DNA from: Macrostomum lignano
Lineage: Eukaryota
Assembly (NCBI GenBank): GCA_002269645.1
Contig: NIVC01000421.1
Span: 124,001 to 188,000 of the forward strand
Reading direction: 5' to 3'
DNA: 64,000 nucleotides
In this document: positions 46,952-57,900 of the stretch, piece by piece
How the letters are laid out: every line of letters begins with the position of its first letter
How positions within the stretch are numbered: the first letter of the stretch is position 1
Translations under genes and position numbers: made by a program
Notes under the pieces: model-generated
Database searches by the model: none
The model's input: only the letters and a program-made list of their open reading frames with translations
Told to the model about the DNA's origin: nothing

Positions 46952-48576
46952 ATGCACCGGGTAGTGAAAATGCGACTCAGCCAGTTGAATCCGCACATCA
47001 CTTGCCCACTCTGTGCTGGCTACTACATTGATGCTACAACCATTGTTGAATGCCTGCACTCATTTTGCCGCTCCTGTCTATTGCGACATTTGGCTGGCAG
47101 TAAGTGCTGCCCAGTATGCGACATATTACTGCACAAAACTGATCCTAGGAAGGCGATTAAAGCTGATCGAAGTCTGCAGTCGTTGGTGTACAAGCTAGTG
47201 CCTGGCCTGTTCAAGGCTGAGATGACGCGGAGGTGAGTCGCAATAATTCTCTACCAATTCAGGGATATTTAAGTTTACGAAGCATCTTTTCCAAAAGCTG
47301 AAGGTTGTATAACCTCAAACCAGAGTTCCCATATCCCTGAAACAAATATCTCATATCCCTGAATCCAAGATCCCATATCCCTGAAGTAAAGATCCCATAT
47401 CCCTGAATCCAAGATCCCATATCCCTAAAGCTAGCGATCATATCTCCCTGAAGCAGAGATTCCATATCCCTGAAGCAAAGATCCCATATTTCTGAAGCAA
47501 AGATCCCATATTCCTGAAGCAAAGATCTCATATTCCTGAAGCAAAGATCCCATATTCCTGGAATCCTGAAGCAAAGATTCCATATTCCTGAAGCAAAGAT
47601 CCCATATTCCTGAAGCAAAGATCCCATATTCCTGAAGCAAAGATCCCATATTCCTGAAGCAAAGATCTCATATTCCTGAAGCAAAGATCCCATATTCCTG
47701 AAGCAAAGATCCCATATTCCTGAAGCAAAGATCCCATATTCCTGAAGCAAAGATCCCATATTCCTGAAGCAGAGATCCCATATTCCTGAAGCAGAGATCC
47801 CATATTCCTGAAGCAAAGATCCCATATTCCTGAAGCAAAGATCCCATATTCCTGAAGCAAAGATCCCATATTCCTGAAGCAAAGATCCCACATTCCTGAA
47901 GCAAAGATGCCATATTCCTCAAAGCTAAGGCCAGCAATCCCAACCCGAAATCCCAAAAAAACTTATGTATATTACAAAATCCCCGCACGCCCGCAACCGC
48001 AGGCGCGAGTTCTACCAGGCAAACCCGAGCCGCGACCTCAGCCTTGGTCCCGAAGGCCGCGGCGAACTCGCCCACCCTGGCGACGTGGTCGACGAAACCG
48101 AGACTCTGTCCGTGTCGCTCGAACTAGTGGACCCCGGCGGTCGCTTAGCAACCACCGGCGAGCATCGAGAGCTTCGATCCGACTTTGTGGACTTAAAACG
48201 GCCCTGCTACCTGTTAACTCCAGCCTGTTTGACTGTCGGGCATCTGTGCACTTTTATTCGACTCAAACTCGGCCTGTCGCCCAGCCAGTCTGTGTCGATA
48301 TTCTACACTGACGACTGTCTGAGCGCCGACTATTCCGTCATGGACATCGCCTATGTGTACTCTTGGCGGCGTAGGGGCCCGCTGCGGCTGTTCTATGCCA
48401 TTGTAGATAAGTCTAGGGCTCAGCAGCCGCCGCCACCGCCAGGATTTGAAGGCCGATTATCGACTAATAAACTGGCAGCCGATCAATTATCGATTGGCAG
48501 CAGCGAAGCTATGGATGACGATACTTCGGCTACAGAATCGGGATCGGAATCTGATGAGGATTCTGGGGGCAGGTAG
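46952..48576 (+). CDS. BMI1: Polycomb group RING finger protein, BMI1/PCGF2-4/Psc type, 284 aa; exons 46952-47232 and 48003-48576
   Basis: LNPHITCPLCAGYYIDATTIVECLHSFC...LVYKLVPGLFKAEMTRR|REFY matches the BMI1 RING region. The RAWUL end SVMDIAYVYSWRRRGPLRLFY matches TLMDIAYIYTWRRNGPL. The phase-2 GT-AG intron preserves frame. Confidence 0.93.
47325..47915. repeat. 22-bp intronic minisatellite (gaagcaaagatcccatattcct)
   Basis: Direct reading; it fills most of the BMI1 intron. Confidence 0.95.
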
Positions 48577-48589
48577 CTGCTGAGCTCAA

Positions 48590-48870
48590 GCTATCCATGA
48601 TCTATTACAACTCATGGATTGCTAATCTAGCCGTCCATGGTGCATTACAGCTCATGGATTGCTAATCTAGCCGTCCATGATCTATTACAACTCATGGATT
48701 GCTAATCTAGCCGTCCATGATCTATTACAACTCATGGATTGCTAATCTAGCCGTCCATGATCTATTACAGCTCATGGATTGCTAATCTAGCCGTCCATGA
48801 TCGATTACAACTCATGGATTGCTAATCTAGCCATCCCATGATCTATTACAACTCACGGATTGCTAATCTA
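48590..48870. repeat. 40-bp tandem repeat just 3' of the BMI1 stop
   Basis: ccatgatctattacaactcatggattgctaatctagccgt, about 7 copies. Confidence 0.9.
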
Positions 48871-49129
48871 TCTCTAATCCATAATCTAATAAAATGGATT
48901 GCAAATCTAGTCGCTAGGTAAAGTAGTATTAAAAGTTTTTTAACTTCCAATTATAAATTTTGAATGGTAACTTTGCCTCCCACCTCCCTTCTCTGTGTTT
49001 GATTTCTCTTTGATTTTAATTTTTTAATTGAAAACTAACGGGCTTTGAAATCATCTCTTTCGTTGCATAATTATTTAAATAAATTTCATAGCTTACTGTC
49101 TCAAAAATTCAATTAGCGTCTCTAATCTC

Positions 49130-49512
49130 ATCAGGTGAGATTCTAACCAACTTCTCTAATCCTATTGGATGAGATTCTAACCAAGGTTTCTAATCTCATG
49201 GGGTGAGATTCTAACCAAGGTTTCTAATCTCATGGGTTGAGATTCTAACCAAGGTTTCTAATCTCATGGAGTGAGATTCTAACCAACTTCTCTAATCCTA
49301 TGGTATGAGATTCTAACCAAAGTCTCTAATCTCATGGGTTGAGATTCTAACCAAGGTCTTTAATCTCATGGGTTGAGATTCTAACCAAAGTCTCTAATCT
49401 CATGGGTTGAGATTCTAACCAAAGTCTCTAATCTCATTGGTTGAGATTCTAACCAAGGTTTCTAATCTCATTGGTTGAGATTCTAACCAAGGTTTCTAAT
49501 CTCATGGAGTGA
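49130..49512. repeat. About 34-bp tandem repeat (tgagattctaaccaaggtttctaatctcatgggt)
   Basis: Direct reading, about 11 copies. Confidence 0.9.
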
Positions 49513-50171
49513 GTTTCTTATAAAGTTTTAGAACCAGTATGAAGTTAATAAACTTGTTTTATGTAAAACAAACGTTATTTGAGCACATTTATTTGATGTC
49601 AAGCAGCATCTCTGCATAGCGCTTTGTTGTGTTGAATTTGCTACAATTGTGTTCCTGGTTGGACTAATTCTGTCTTTGCTGTTGTCATCTAGTATGGCTA
49701 GTCACATTTAAGAGTTTATCTACCAAAATCATATTAATTGTCTCTTTTATCTGACAATCTGTCTTGTTTTCAATGCAATAAGCCCTGCGGTTCTAAGAGA
49801 GCAATACTTTACGGTTACGGATGGCCCAATGTGAAGTACAGTATAAACTTTTTATGTCTCCAAGTATTAACGCAGTTTTGTGAATATGGCCCCAAGTTTC
49901 TATTGTTTATTTGTTTATTTCAATTTTTTATTTGATGATGAGATTTAAAATGATTTCGATCAATATTGTCTAGCGCTTGTGTGTCTTCTGTTTTGTTATT
50001 TGTATTTCTAATACAGTTTGCAATAAATTCGTTTATTAATAATTTTAGTTGTTACAGTAATGCTGAATTACTAATTTTAGGTAATTCCATTTACCATAAC
50101 TATATTATGTACTTTTTCGTTACGATATCGCTAAAATTTCTACAAATAGCTCTGGGAGTCTGGTTGAGTAG

Positions 50172-50686
50172 CTACCCTGGGGAGTGTTGGGGAGTCTGGT
50201 GGAGTAGCTACCCTAGGGAGTGTTGGGGAGTCTGGTTGAGTAGCTACCCTAGGGAGTGTTGGGGAGTCTGGTTGAGTAGCTACCCTAGGGAGTGTTGGGG
50301 AGTCTGGTTGAGTAGCTACCCTAGGGAATGTTGGGGAGTCTGGTTGATTAGCTACCCTAGGGAGTGTTGGGGAGTCTGGTTGAGTAGCTACCCTGGGGAG
50401 TGTTGGGGAGTCTGGTTGAGTAGCTACCCTGGGGAGTGTTGGGGAGTCTGGTTGAGTAGCTACCCTAGGGAATGTTGGGGAGTCTGGTTGATTAGCTACC
50501 CTAGGGAGTGTTGGGGAGTCTGGTTGAGTAGCTACCCTGGGGAGTGTTGGGGAGTCTGGTTGAGTAGCTACCCTGGGGAGTGTTGGGGAGTCTGGTTGAG
50601 TAGCTACCCTAGGGAATGTTGGGGAGTCTGGTTGATTAGCTACCCTAGGGAGTGTTGGGGAGTCTGGTTGAGTACCTACCCTGGGT
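50172..50686. repeat. 36-bp tandem repeat (gggagtctggttgagtagctaccctagggagtgttg)
   Basis: Direct reading, about 14 copies. Confidence 0.95.
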
Positions 50687-50775
50687 GTACTGCGTGTAAA
50701 TACATGCAGACATAGGGACGTTTTCAGCTTCTAGCTAATAAATTTATATCTTATTGCGTTCCTTTAGCTACTAGC

Positions 50776-52946
50776 TTATTCGGTAATTCCCTGGGCCAGC
50801 ACGGATGTCAGCAGTTGATGCAGCAGTTTTCTCCAAGCCTGCTTGTCGGACTCGCTCAGGTGCAGCTCTGAGTTGAGAGTGTCCAGTAGGGCTGCCTGCA
50901 TGCTCTGGAATTAGTTTGGGTAGATTGGGTTTCCAGTTGGGCAGATTGGGTTTCCAGTTGGGCAGATTGGGTTTCCAGTTGGGCAGATTGGGTTTCCAGT
51001 TGGGCAGATAGGGTTTCCAGTTAGGGCAGATTGGGTTTCCAGTTGGGCAGATTGGGTTTCCAGTTGGGCAGATTGGGTTTCCAGTGCAGGGCAGATTGGG
51101 TTTCCAGTTGGGCAGATTGGGTTTCCAGTTGGGCAGATAGGGTTTCCAGTTAGGGCAGATTGGGTTTCCAGTTGGGCAGATTGGGTTTCCAGTTGGGCAG
51201 ATTGGGTTTCCAGTTGGGCAGATAGGGTTTCCAGTTGGGCAGATTGGGTTTCCAGTTGGGCAGATTGGGTTTCCAGTGCAGGGCAGATTGGGTTTCCAGT
51301 TGGGCAGATAGGGTTTCCAGTTAGGGCAGATTGGGTTTCCAGTTGGGGCAGATTGGGTTTCCAGTTAGGGCAGATTGGGTTTCCAGTTAGGGCAGATTGG
51401 GTTTCCAGTTGGGGCAGATTGGGTTTCCAGTTAGGGCAGATTGGGTTTCCAGTTAGGGCAGATTGGGTTTCCAGTTGGGCAGATTGGGTTTCCAGTTGGG
51501 CAGATAGGGTTTCCAGTTAGGGCAGATTGGGTTTCCAGTTGGGGCAGATTGAGTTTCCAGTTAGGGCAGATTGGGTTTCCAGTGCAAAGCAAATTTGATT
51601 CCAAATCGGCATAGCAACCTCAAAGTGCATTCGTCGAACGCCCATTTCGGCGTGGGATCTGCCCACCATCCTTGGCACCTCCGAGTCGATGACGCCGTCT
51701 TCTGAGTCGGCGAGGTCCCGGGCAGCAGCGCCGAGCACGCTGAGCACCCGAAGTCCGTGCGCTCGAAGGGCTGGCAGTTCTGCGAGGTTCTGCCTGGTGA
51801 CACCTTTGAACCGGGGGAACAGGTCCTGGGCAGAGGGACTGAGCTCGAATGTCCTGCGATTGATGGGGATTAATTGGAGCTGGATTCTCATTGAGGCTGA
51901 GCTGGATTCTCATTGACATTGAGCTGGATTCTCTCAGTAAGATTGGGCTGGATTCTCAGTGAGATTGAACTGGATTCTCATTGAGATTGAGCTAAATTCT
52001 CATTGACATTGAGCTGGATTCTCTCAGTGAGATTGGGCTGGATTCTCATTGACATTGAGCTGGATTCTCATTGAAATTGAGCTGGATTCTCTCAGTGAGA
52101 TTGAACTGGATTCTCATTGAGATTGAGCTGTGTTCTCATTGAGACTGAGCTGGATTCTCTCAGTAAGATTGGGCTGGATTCTCAGTGAGATTGAACTGGA
52201 TTCTCAGTGAGATTGAGCTGGATTCTCATTGACATTGAGCTGGATTCTCTCAGTGAGATTGGGCTGGATTCTCATTGAGATTGAGCTGGATTCTCATTGA
52301 AATTGAGCTGGATTCTCTCAGTGAGATTGAACTGGATTCTCATTGAGATTGAGCTGTGTTCTCATTGAGACTGAGCTGGATTCTCTCAGTGAGTTTGGGC
52401 TGGATTCTCAGTGAGATTGAACTGGATTCTCAGTGAGATTGAACTGGATTTTCATTGAGATTGAGCTGTGTTCTAATTGAGAATGAGCTGCAGAACTCTC
52501 AGTGAGATTGGGCTGGATTCTCAGTGAGATTGAGCTGGATTCTCAGTGAGATTGAACTGGATTCTCAGTGAAATTGAACTGGATTTTCATTGAGATTGAG
52601 CTGTGTTTTGATTGAGACTGAGCTGGATTCTCTCAGTGAGATTGGGCTGGATTCTCAGTGAGATTGAACTGGATTCTCATTGAGATTGAGCTGGATTCTC
52701 TCAGTGAGATTGAACTGGATTCTCATTGAGATTGAGCTGTGTTCTCATTGAGACTGAGCTGCAGAACTCTCAGTGAGATACTAATTAAGCAGAGCTCAGG
52801 AAATCTCACCTGAGAAACAGTTGCACAGCAATCCGATCTCTCTGAGCATCTATAAGTGGCCAGTCGCGGGCAATGGCGCTTCTCTCTGCTTCAGTGAGAC
52901 TTGCTGCTTTTAGAGATTGGGAATCTTCAAAGACAGGGAAATTCAT
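50776..52946 (-). CDS. Single-domain globin, 166 aa; exons 52946-52810, 51853-51619, 50904-50776
   Basis: A-helix LTEAERSAIARDW, CD1 Phe (DLFPRF), distal E7 His (RAHGLRV), proximal F8 His (GRSH) and H-helix AWRKLL are present. Introns fall at the ancestral B12.2 and G7.0 positions. Confidence 0.92.
50925..51585. repeat. 21-bp minisatellite filling globin intron 2 (gggcagattgggtttccagtt)
   Basis: Direct reading. Confidence 0.95.
51875..52785. repeat. 20-24-bp minisatellite filling globin intron 1 (ctggattctcattgagattgag family)
   Basis: Direct reading; same family as 56005-56845. Confidence 0.95.
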
Positions 52947-54986
52947 TGTCTTGCTGTACGCGCGGTGTCTTTTCTGTTTCTTCGCTCGATCATTAAATAC
53001 TCGATTGTCCGTGGCTGTTCACATAATGTAAAATAATTGGCCTTCCCAACCAAGATTCTGATGTAGCTATACATGTGCTAGGTGTGGGATCGTTTTACAA
53101 GCTGGACACTTGGTAGCTAAATTACATGTACTAGGGCAGTTTGTACCTTCAGTAAGGACATTTCTTTATTAATTGTTCTAGTAGGATCGTTCGTTAGTCG
53201 TGGCTCTGGGCTCAGGCTCATTACAGCTTACATGTATATTAACGATTGAACTAATTCCTTTCCTTTTGTGTCATGACGTTTACGAAGTTCGACAAAAACT
53301 ATATATGCCTGTAAAAAGTAACATAGCTGCAATATTATATGTTGCTAGATAAATTATGTTTGTTCTACATTCGCTAATCGATTCTTCTGTTTTAATTTAA
53401 AAATAACGATAATGAACGATTTACATGCTGTCAGTTTAATAAAATTAGTGCGGTGCTTATATGTATACAGTGTACGTAAGTTGCTATGCACATTCAGTGG
53501 CATGTGTATCAATATGTTAACTAATAATGTACATGTACATGTACATGAAATTTAGTTGTTTACTTTACAGTACTGAACTAAAATTGAGGGATGGCATCAA
53601 CTCTTGATTCTCAAAAAATGAAGTAAATTTACATATTGAATTCGAAGCATACTATACATGTACAAGTCGAAGCTGGAATCGCGGATGCTACACGTGCATA
53701 TTCAAATAACAAATGTATATTACACAGTGTAAATGTATGTTTGAGCAAGCGCATGTTTTGATCTATAAGTTAAATACATTTAAAAGTCGTATGTAATAAG
53801 TTAAGTTATGTACAACGGATCGCCAAGCACTTTTTTGCTAGATGTAAATCGTAGCAAAAGAAAGTATAGGGTTACATGTAATTCAAATTAAATATTAACG
53901 GGGGTATCCATTATAATTATTCTGACTGATATAGATGCCGAAATACTGTATCTGTAGCTAGGTGTATAATTCACAACCACTACTACCAGCAACTGGACTG
54001 CAGAGCTCTGGACATTGTCAACGAGCTGTGACAGTGTGATTCGTAGAATCGCGTGTATCGTATTTCTTTATTTTCATATGCATACCGTATTCTTTCATTT
54101 ATTTTAACAATATTCGTACGTATTATTATCGCGCTATTTTTACTGTTAATTGATTTGTTTTTTGTAGCCTCTTATGTATTTATTCTATTATTTGTATTTC
54201 ATTCATATCGTTATTATTTATCGTAAAGTAGTCCTACCTATGTACATGTACTGACGTATGTTATTCTTGTATGATATATTTATCGATTAATTTGTACATG
54301 TACATTTCGCCTGAGTGGGGTTTGTCTGGTTTTTGGATTAAGCTTGTTGTTATCTTGTTTACTCACCAATTATAAAAATACACTTGCAGTCAGCGGCCGC
54401 TCTCTCCTTTTGCTTCGTCGCTTCGCTTCTCGCTCTAAGCTTGCGGGTCCCTTAGCTGTCTGGCCTCTTTACCTTAACCCTCTACCGCCTGCCTCAGCCC
54501 ACCCACCAATCAACTGAATCCTGACCGGCCCTTGCTAGGCGCATCAAATTAAGTACCGATCCAAATATACTAAATCTGCAAATTCACGCTAAGGATAAAA
54601 TCGGCTGCTGATCTGCTGGATCGTAGATTAATCCCAATTATCCACTACACAAAGTCTTCCGCTTTATTCGTCACAGAGCAATAACTTTAGTAAACACGTA
54701 CTGTAATTCGCGCGTAAACCAATCGTATTCGAAGTTAAACAAAATACATAAATAAATTATAAAATTATTTTCTGTAATCGTACTTTTTGATAAATTTATA
54801 TATAAAGAAATAAAATTCAGCAACATTTATAAATTTAATTATAATTTATCTGGCCTAAATTTGCTTTCTCTAAACAATTTGGTTTCTTAATGAAGCTCCT
54901 ATTTTCTCAAATGTAAAAAAAAGTTTTCAACGCATTCCTGTTTATAAGCCAAAATCCTGGCACCTGGTACTGGAAACAAAACCGCT

Positions 54987-57900
54987 ATGCAAAAGCACTC
55001 GTCAGTTTCATTGGGAAGAAATGAAGCTGACGTTGTGGTAAGTAATTACCATTATTGGTTTGAATCGCATAAACAACATTAAATCAACAACCCAGCCCAG
55101 AAGAAACTGAAGCCCAGAAGCTATTCTTCGAATTATCGTCTGCTGATTTTAATGGATATTACTTTACATTGTGACGAATTTAAATTGAATTTGAATTTGA
55201 ACCTATATTCTTGTCCTACACAACAAAACTTTACTTTTCCTGCATATTGTACAATTAATGTTATAGCTAACATCATTTAAACATCTGTGTGAATAATAAA
55301 TTTATTGATTTACATTAAAAAAACTAACCGTTTTTTCAGATGTTTCAAGAGCGTTGTGGGCTAGTAATGAAGTGGGTAAGTTAAAAGCAATAATACTTTC
55401 AAAGACTGAATTTCTCAATGACATTATTTTCATATGATATAATCATTCATAAAGAAAAGCTTAAGTTGCTTCATAATTTCACTTTATTAGTAAAAAACTT
55501 TTTAGGATACAATTAAATACTAAGCCTTTGTGTCTAATTAAATTAAGGTAAAGTTTAAGTAATGCCACTTTGTTTAAATATTTATAACAAAAAGGCTATT
55601 GCATTGTTTATATACTACTACTCGGAATATTTCAAGTAAATTAGTAAAATATTTTATCAAGTATCAATTTCAGTTAGATGACCACTAAGATTAAAATTAT
55701 TTTTTTTCCATTTTTTCCATTAAATTATATTTTTTCCATTTTAGTTCAGCAAATGGAACCCGGAGCAGAGACGAGTGCTGCTTCACGAGCTGCTGGTGGA
55801 CTGTACCACCAAGGAGTCAGACTTCCTGCACCAGCACACTCAACGCTACGTTCCTCAGGTGCGCGTCGACATGACAGTAGAGCTGCCCAGACGGCTGAGT
55901 TTGAAGATCTTCTCCTACCTTGATCCGCGTAGTCTTTGCCGATGCGCTCAGGTAAAAAAAGTTATTAAAACTATTCAACTATTTATTAATAAATTGAGAA
56001 CGAGCTGAATTCTCATTGAGATTGAGCTGGATTCTCATTGAGATTGAGCTGGATTCTCAATGAGATTGATCTGGATTCTCAATGAAATTGAGCTGGATTC
56101 TCATTGAGATTGAGCTGGATTCTCAATGAGATTGAGCTGGATTCTCAATGAGATTGAGCTGTATTCTCATTGAGATTGAGCTGTATTCTCATTGAGATTG
56201 AGCTGTATTCTCATTGAGATTGAGCTGTATTCTCATTGAGATTGAGCTGTATTCTCATTGAGATTAAGCTGTATTCTCATTGAGATTGAGCTGGATTCTC
56301 AATGGGATTGAGCTGTATTCTCATTGAGATTGAGCTGGATTCTCATTTAGATTGAGCTGGATTCTCATTGAGATTAAGCTGGATTCTCATTGAGATTGAG
56401 CTGGATTCTCAATTGGATTGAGCTGGATTCTCATTGAGATTGAGCTCGATTTTCATTTAGATTGAGCTGGATTCTCATTGAGATTAAGCTGGATTCTCAT
56501 TGAGATTGAGCTGGATTCTCAATGAGATTGGGCTGGATTCTCATTGAGATTGAGCTGGATTCTCATTGAGATTGAGCTGGATTCTAATTGAGATTGAGCT
56601 GGATTCTCAATGAGATTGAGCTGGATTCTCAATGAGATTGAGCTGGATTCTCATTGAGATTGAGCTGGATTCTCAATGAGATTGAGCTGGATTCTCATTG
56701 AGATTGAGCTGGATTCTCAATGAGATTGAGCTGGATTCTCATTGAGATTGAGCTGGATTCTCATTTAGATTGAGCTGGATTCTCAATGAGATTGAGCTGG
56801 ATTCTCATTGAGATTGAGCTGGATTCTCAATGAGATTGAGCTGGGATCAGGCCGAGATCGCACTAGTCATCAGAAATTTCCTGTATTTTTATTTGCAAAA
56901 AAATTTATTAACTGAACATTTAACTTTCGTTGCGTGCTACTTCTTCACTTACAATTACTTTCACTCTCCAAGGTGAATTCGCGCTGGCACTGGCTCTCTG
57001 AGGCCAACGAAGTTTGGCTGCCAAAGTGCAACAGGTTGCGCTGGCTGCTGCCGCCTGAAGGTCACGAAGACATTCAGCGTACCATGCGCTGGACTGGCGG
57101 CGCCCTCCTACCAGACGGTGTGTACAAGCGGCTGTACAGGGATAATCTGCTTAGTTTACAGGTGAGCGGGGTTTTGCATGATGCTTGATTTTATAGTCAT
57201 TGAGAGTGGAAAAAATCGAAGTAATATAGCTAGTAGTATACTACTGAAGATCAGTATAATAGCTAGTAGTATAAAATCTACTGCAGATACAGTTGTTTAG
57301 TAAATAGTAATTTTTTCAAAAATATCTTCATGTACTACAGTGTCAAAATGTATAAATTAAATCTAATTTTCAATAGTCTCTATTTCTTTTCTTTGTTTAA
57401 CATAGGACGGTCACCAGGTAATTATTTATTTGTGTGTTTTTCTTGGACCAATGCTTAAATCGCTACTTAGGGATTCTATATATTAACTATAACTGCACTG
57501 TCATTTTTATCGAAGTTTTACCATCACCATCTTTGTGTAGATTTGCTTAGTTCTGTGCGTGCATATTTAAAATACTACTTGAGGTTAATTAAGTCTCTCC
57601 AAATATTCATTATGCATGGACAAGCATAAGGAAAGATGTCAAATTACGAGCTAGAACAGAACTAAGCAACGCCGAAAACTTGTTCATAACATAAAGGGAA
57701 CATAAAAATGAAGAAAATTATTTTGGAGTTTAATGTGAAGTTGTGAACTGTAGAAGGCTTCTCAAATGGAAGCTCCTGCACACTGCACCGGCTGTGGACA
57801 GTATGACTCGACGCAGTTGATGTGACTGGCTTCGTTGAGTGCTACAGTACATGTACCTCCTTTGTCAACGGCGTCTTCAATCCTAGCAAGCCACCCGCTT

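Noticed and set aside
47259-48075. Repetitive minus-strand ORFs (MGSLLQEYGIFASGIWDLCFRN)n
   Set aside because: They are three-frame readthrough of the 22-bp intronic repeat of BMI1.
49966-50715. 249-aa ORF with (GVWLSSYPRECW)n
   Set aside because: It is a 36-bp tandem repeat with an AT-rich non-coding-like 5' part and a TTG start, and no splice support was found.
57753-57825. Possible additional FBXO16 exon ([16 protein letters not shown]...)
   Set aside because: An acceptor is plausible, but I found no convincing phase-0 donor before the in-frame TGA, and the gene splices in frame without it.
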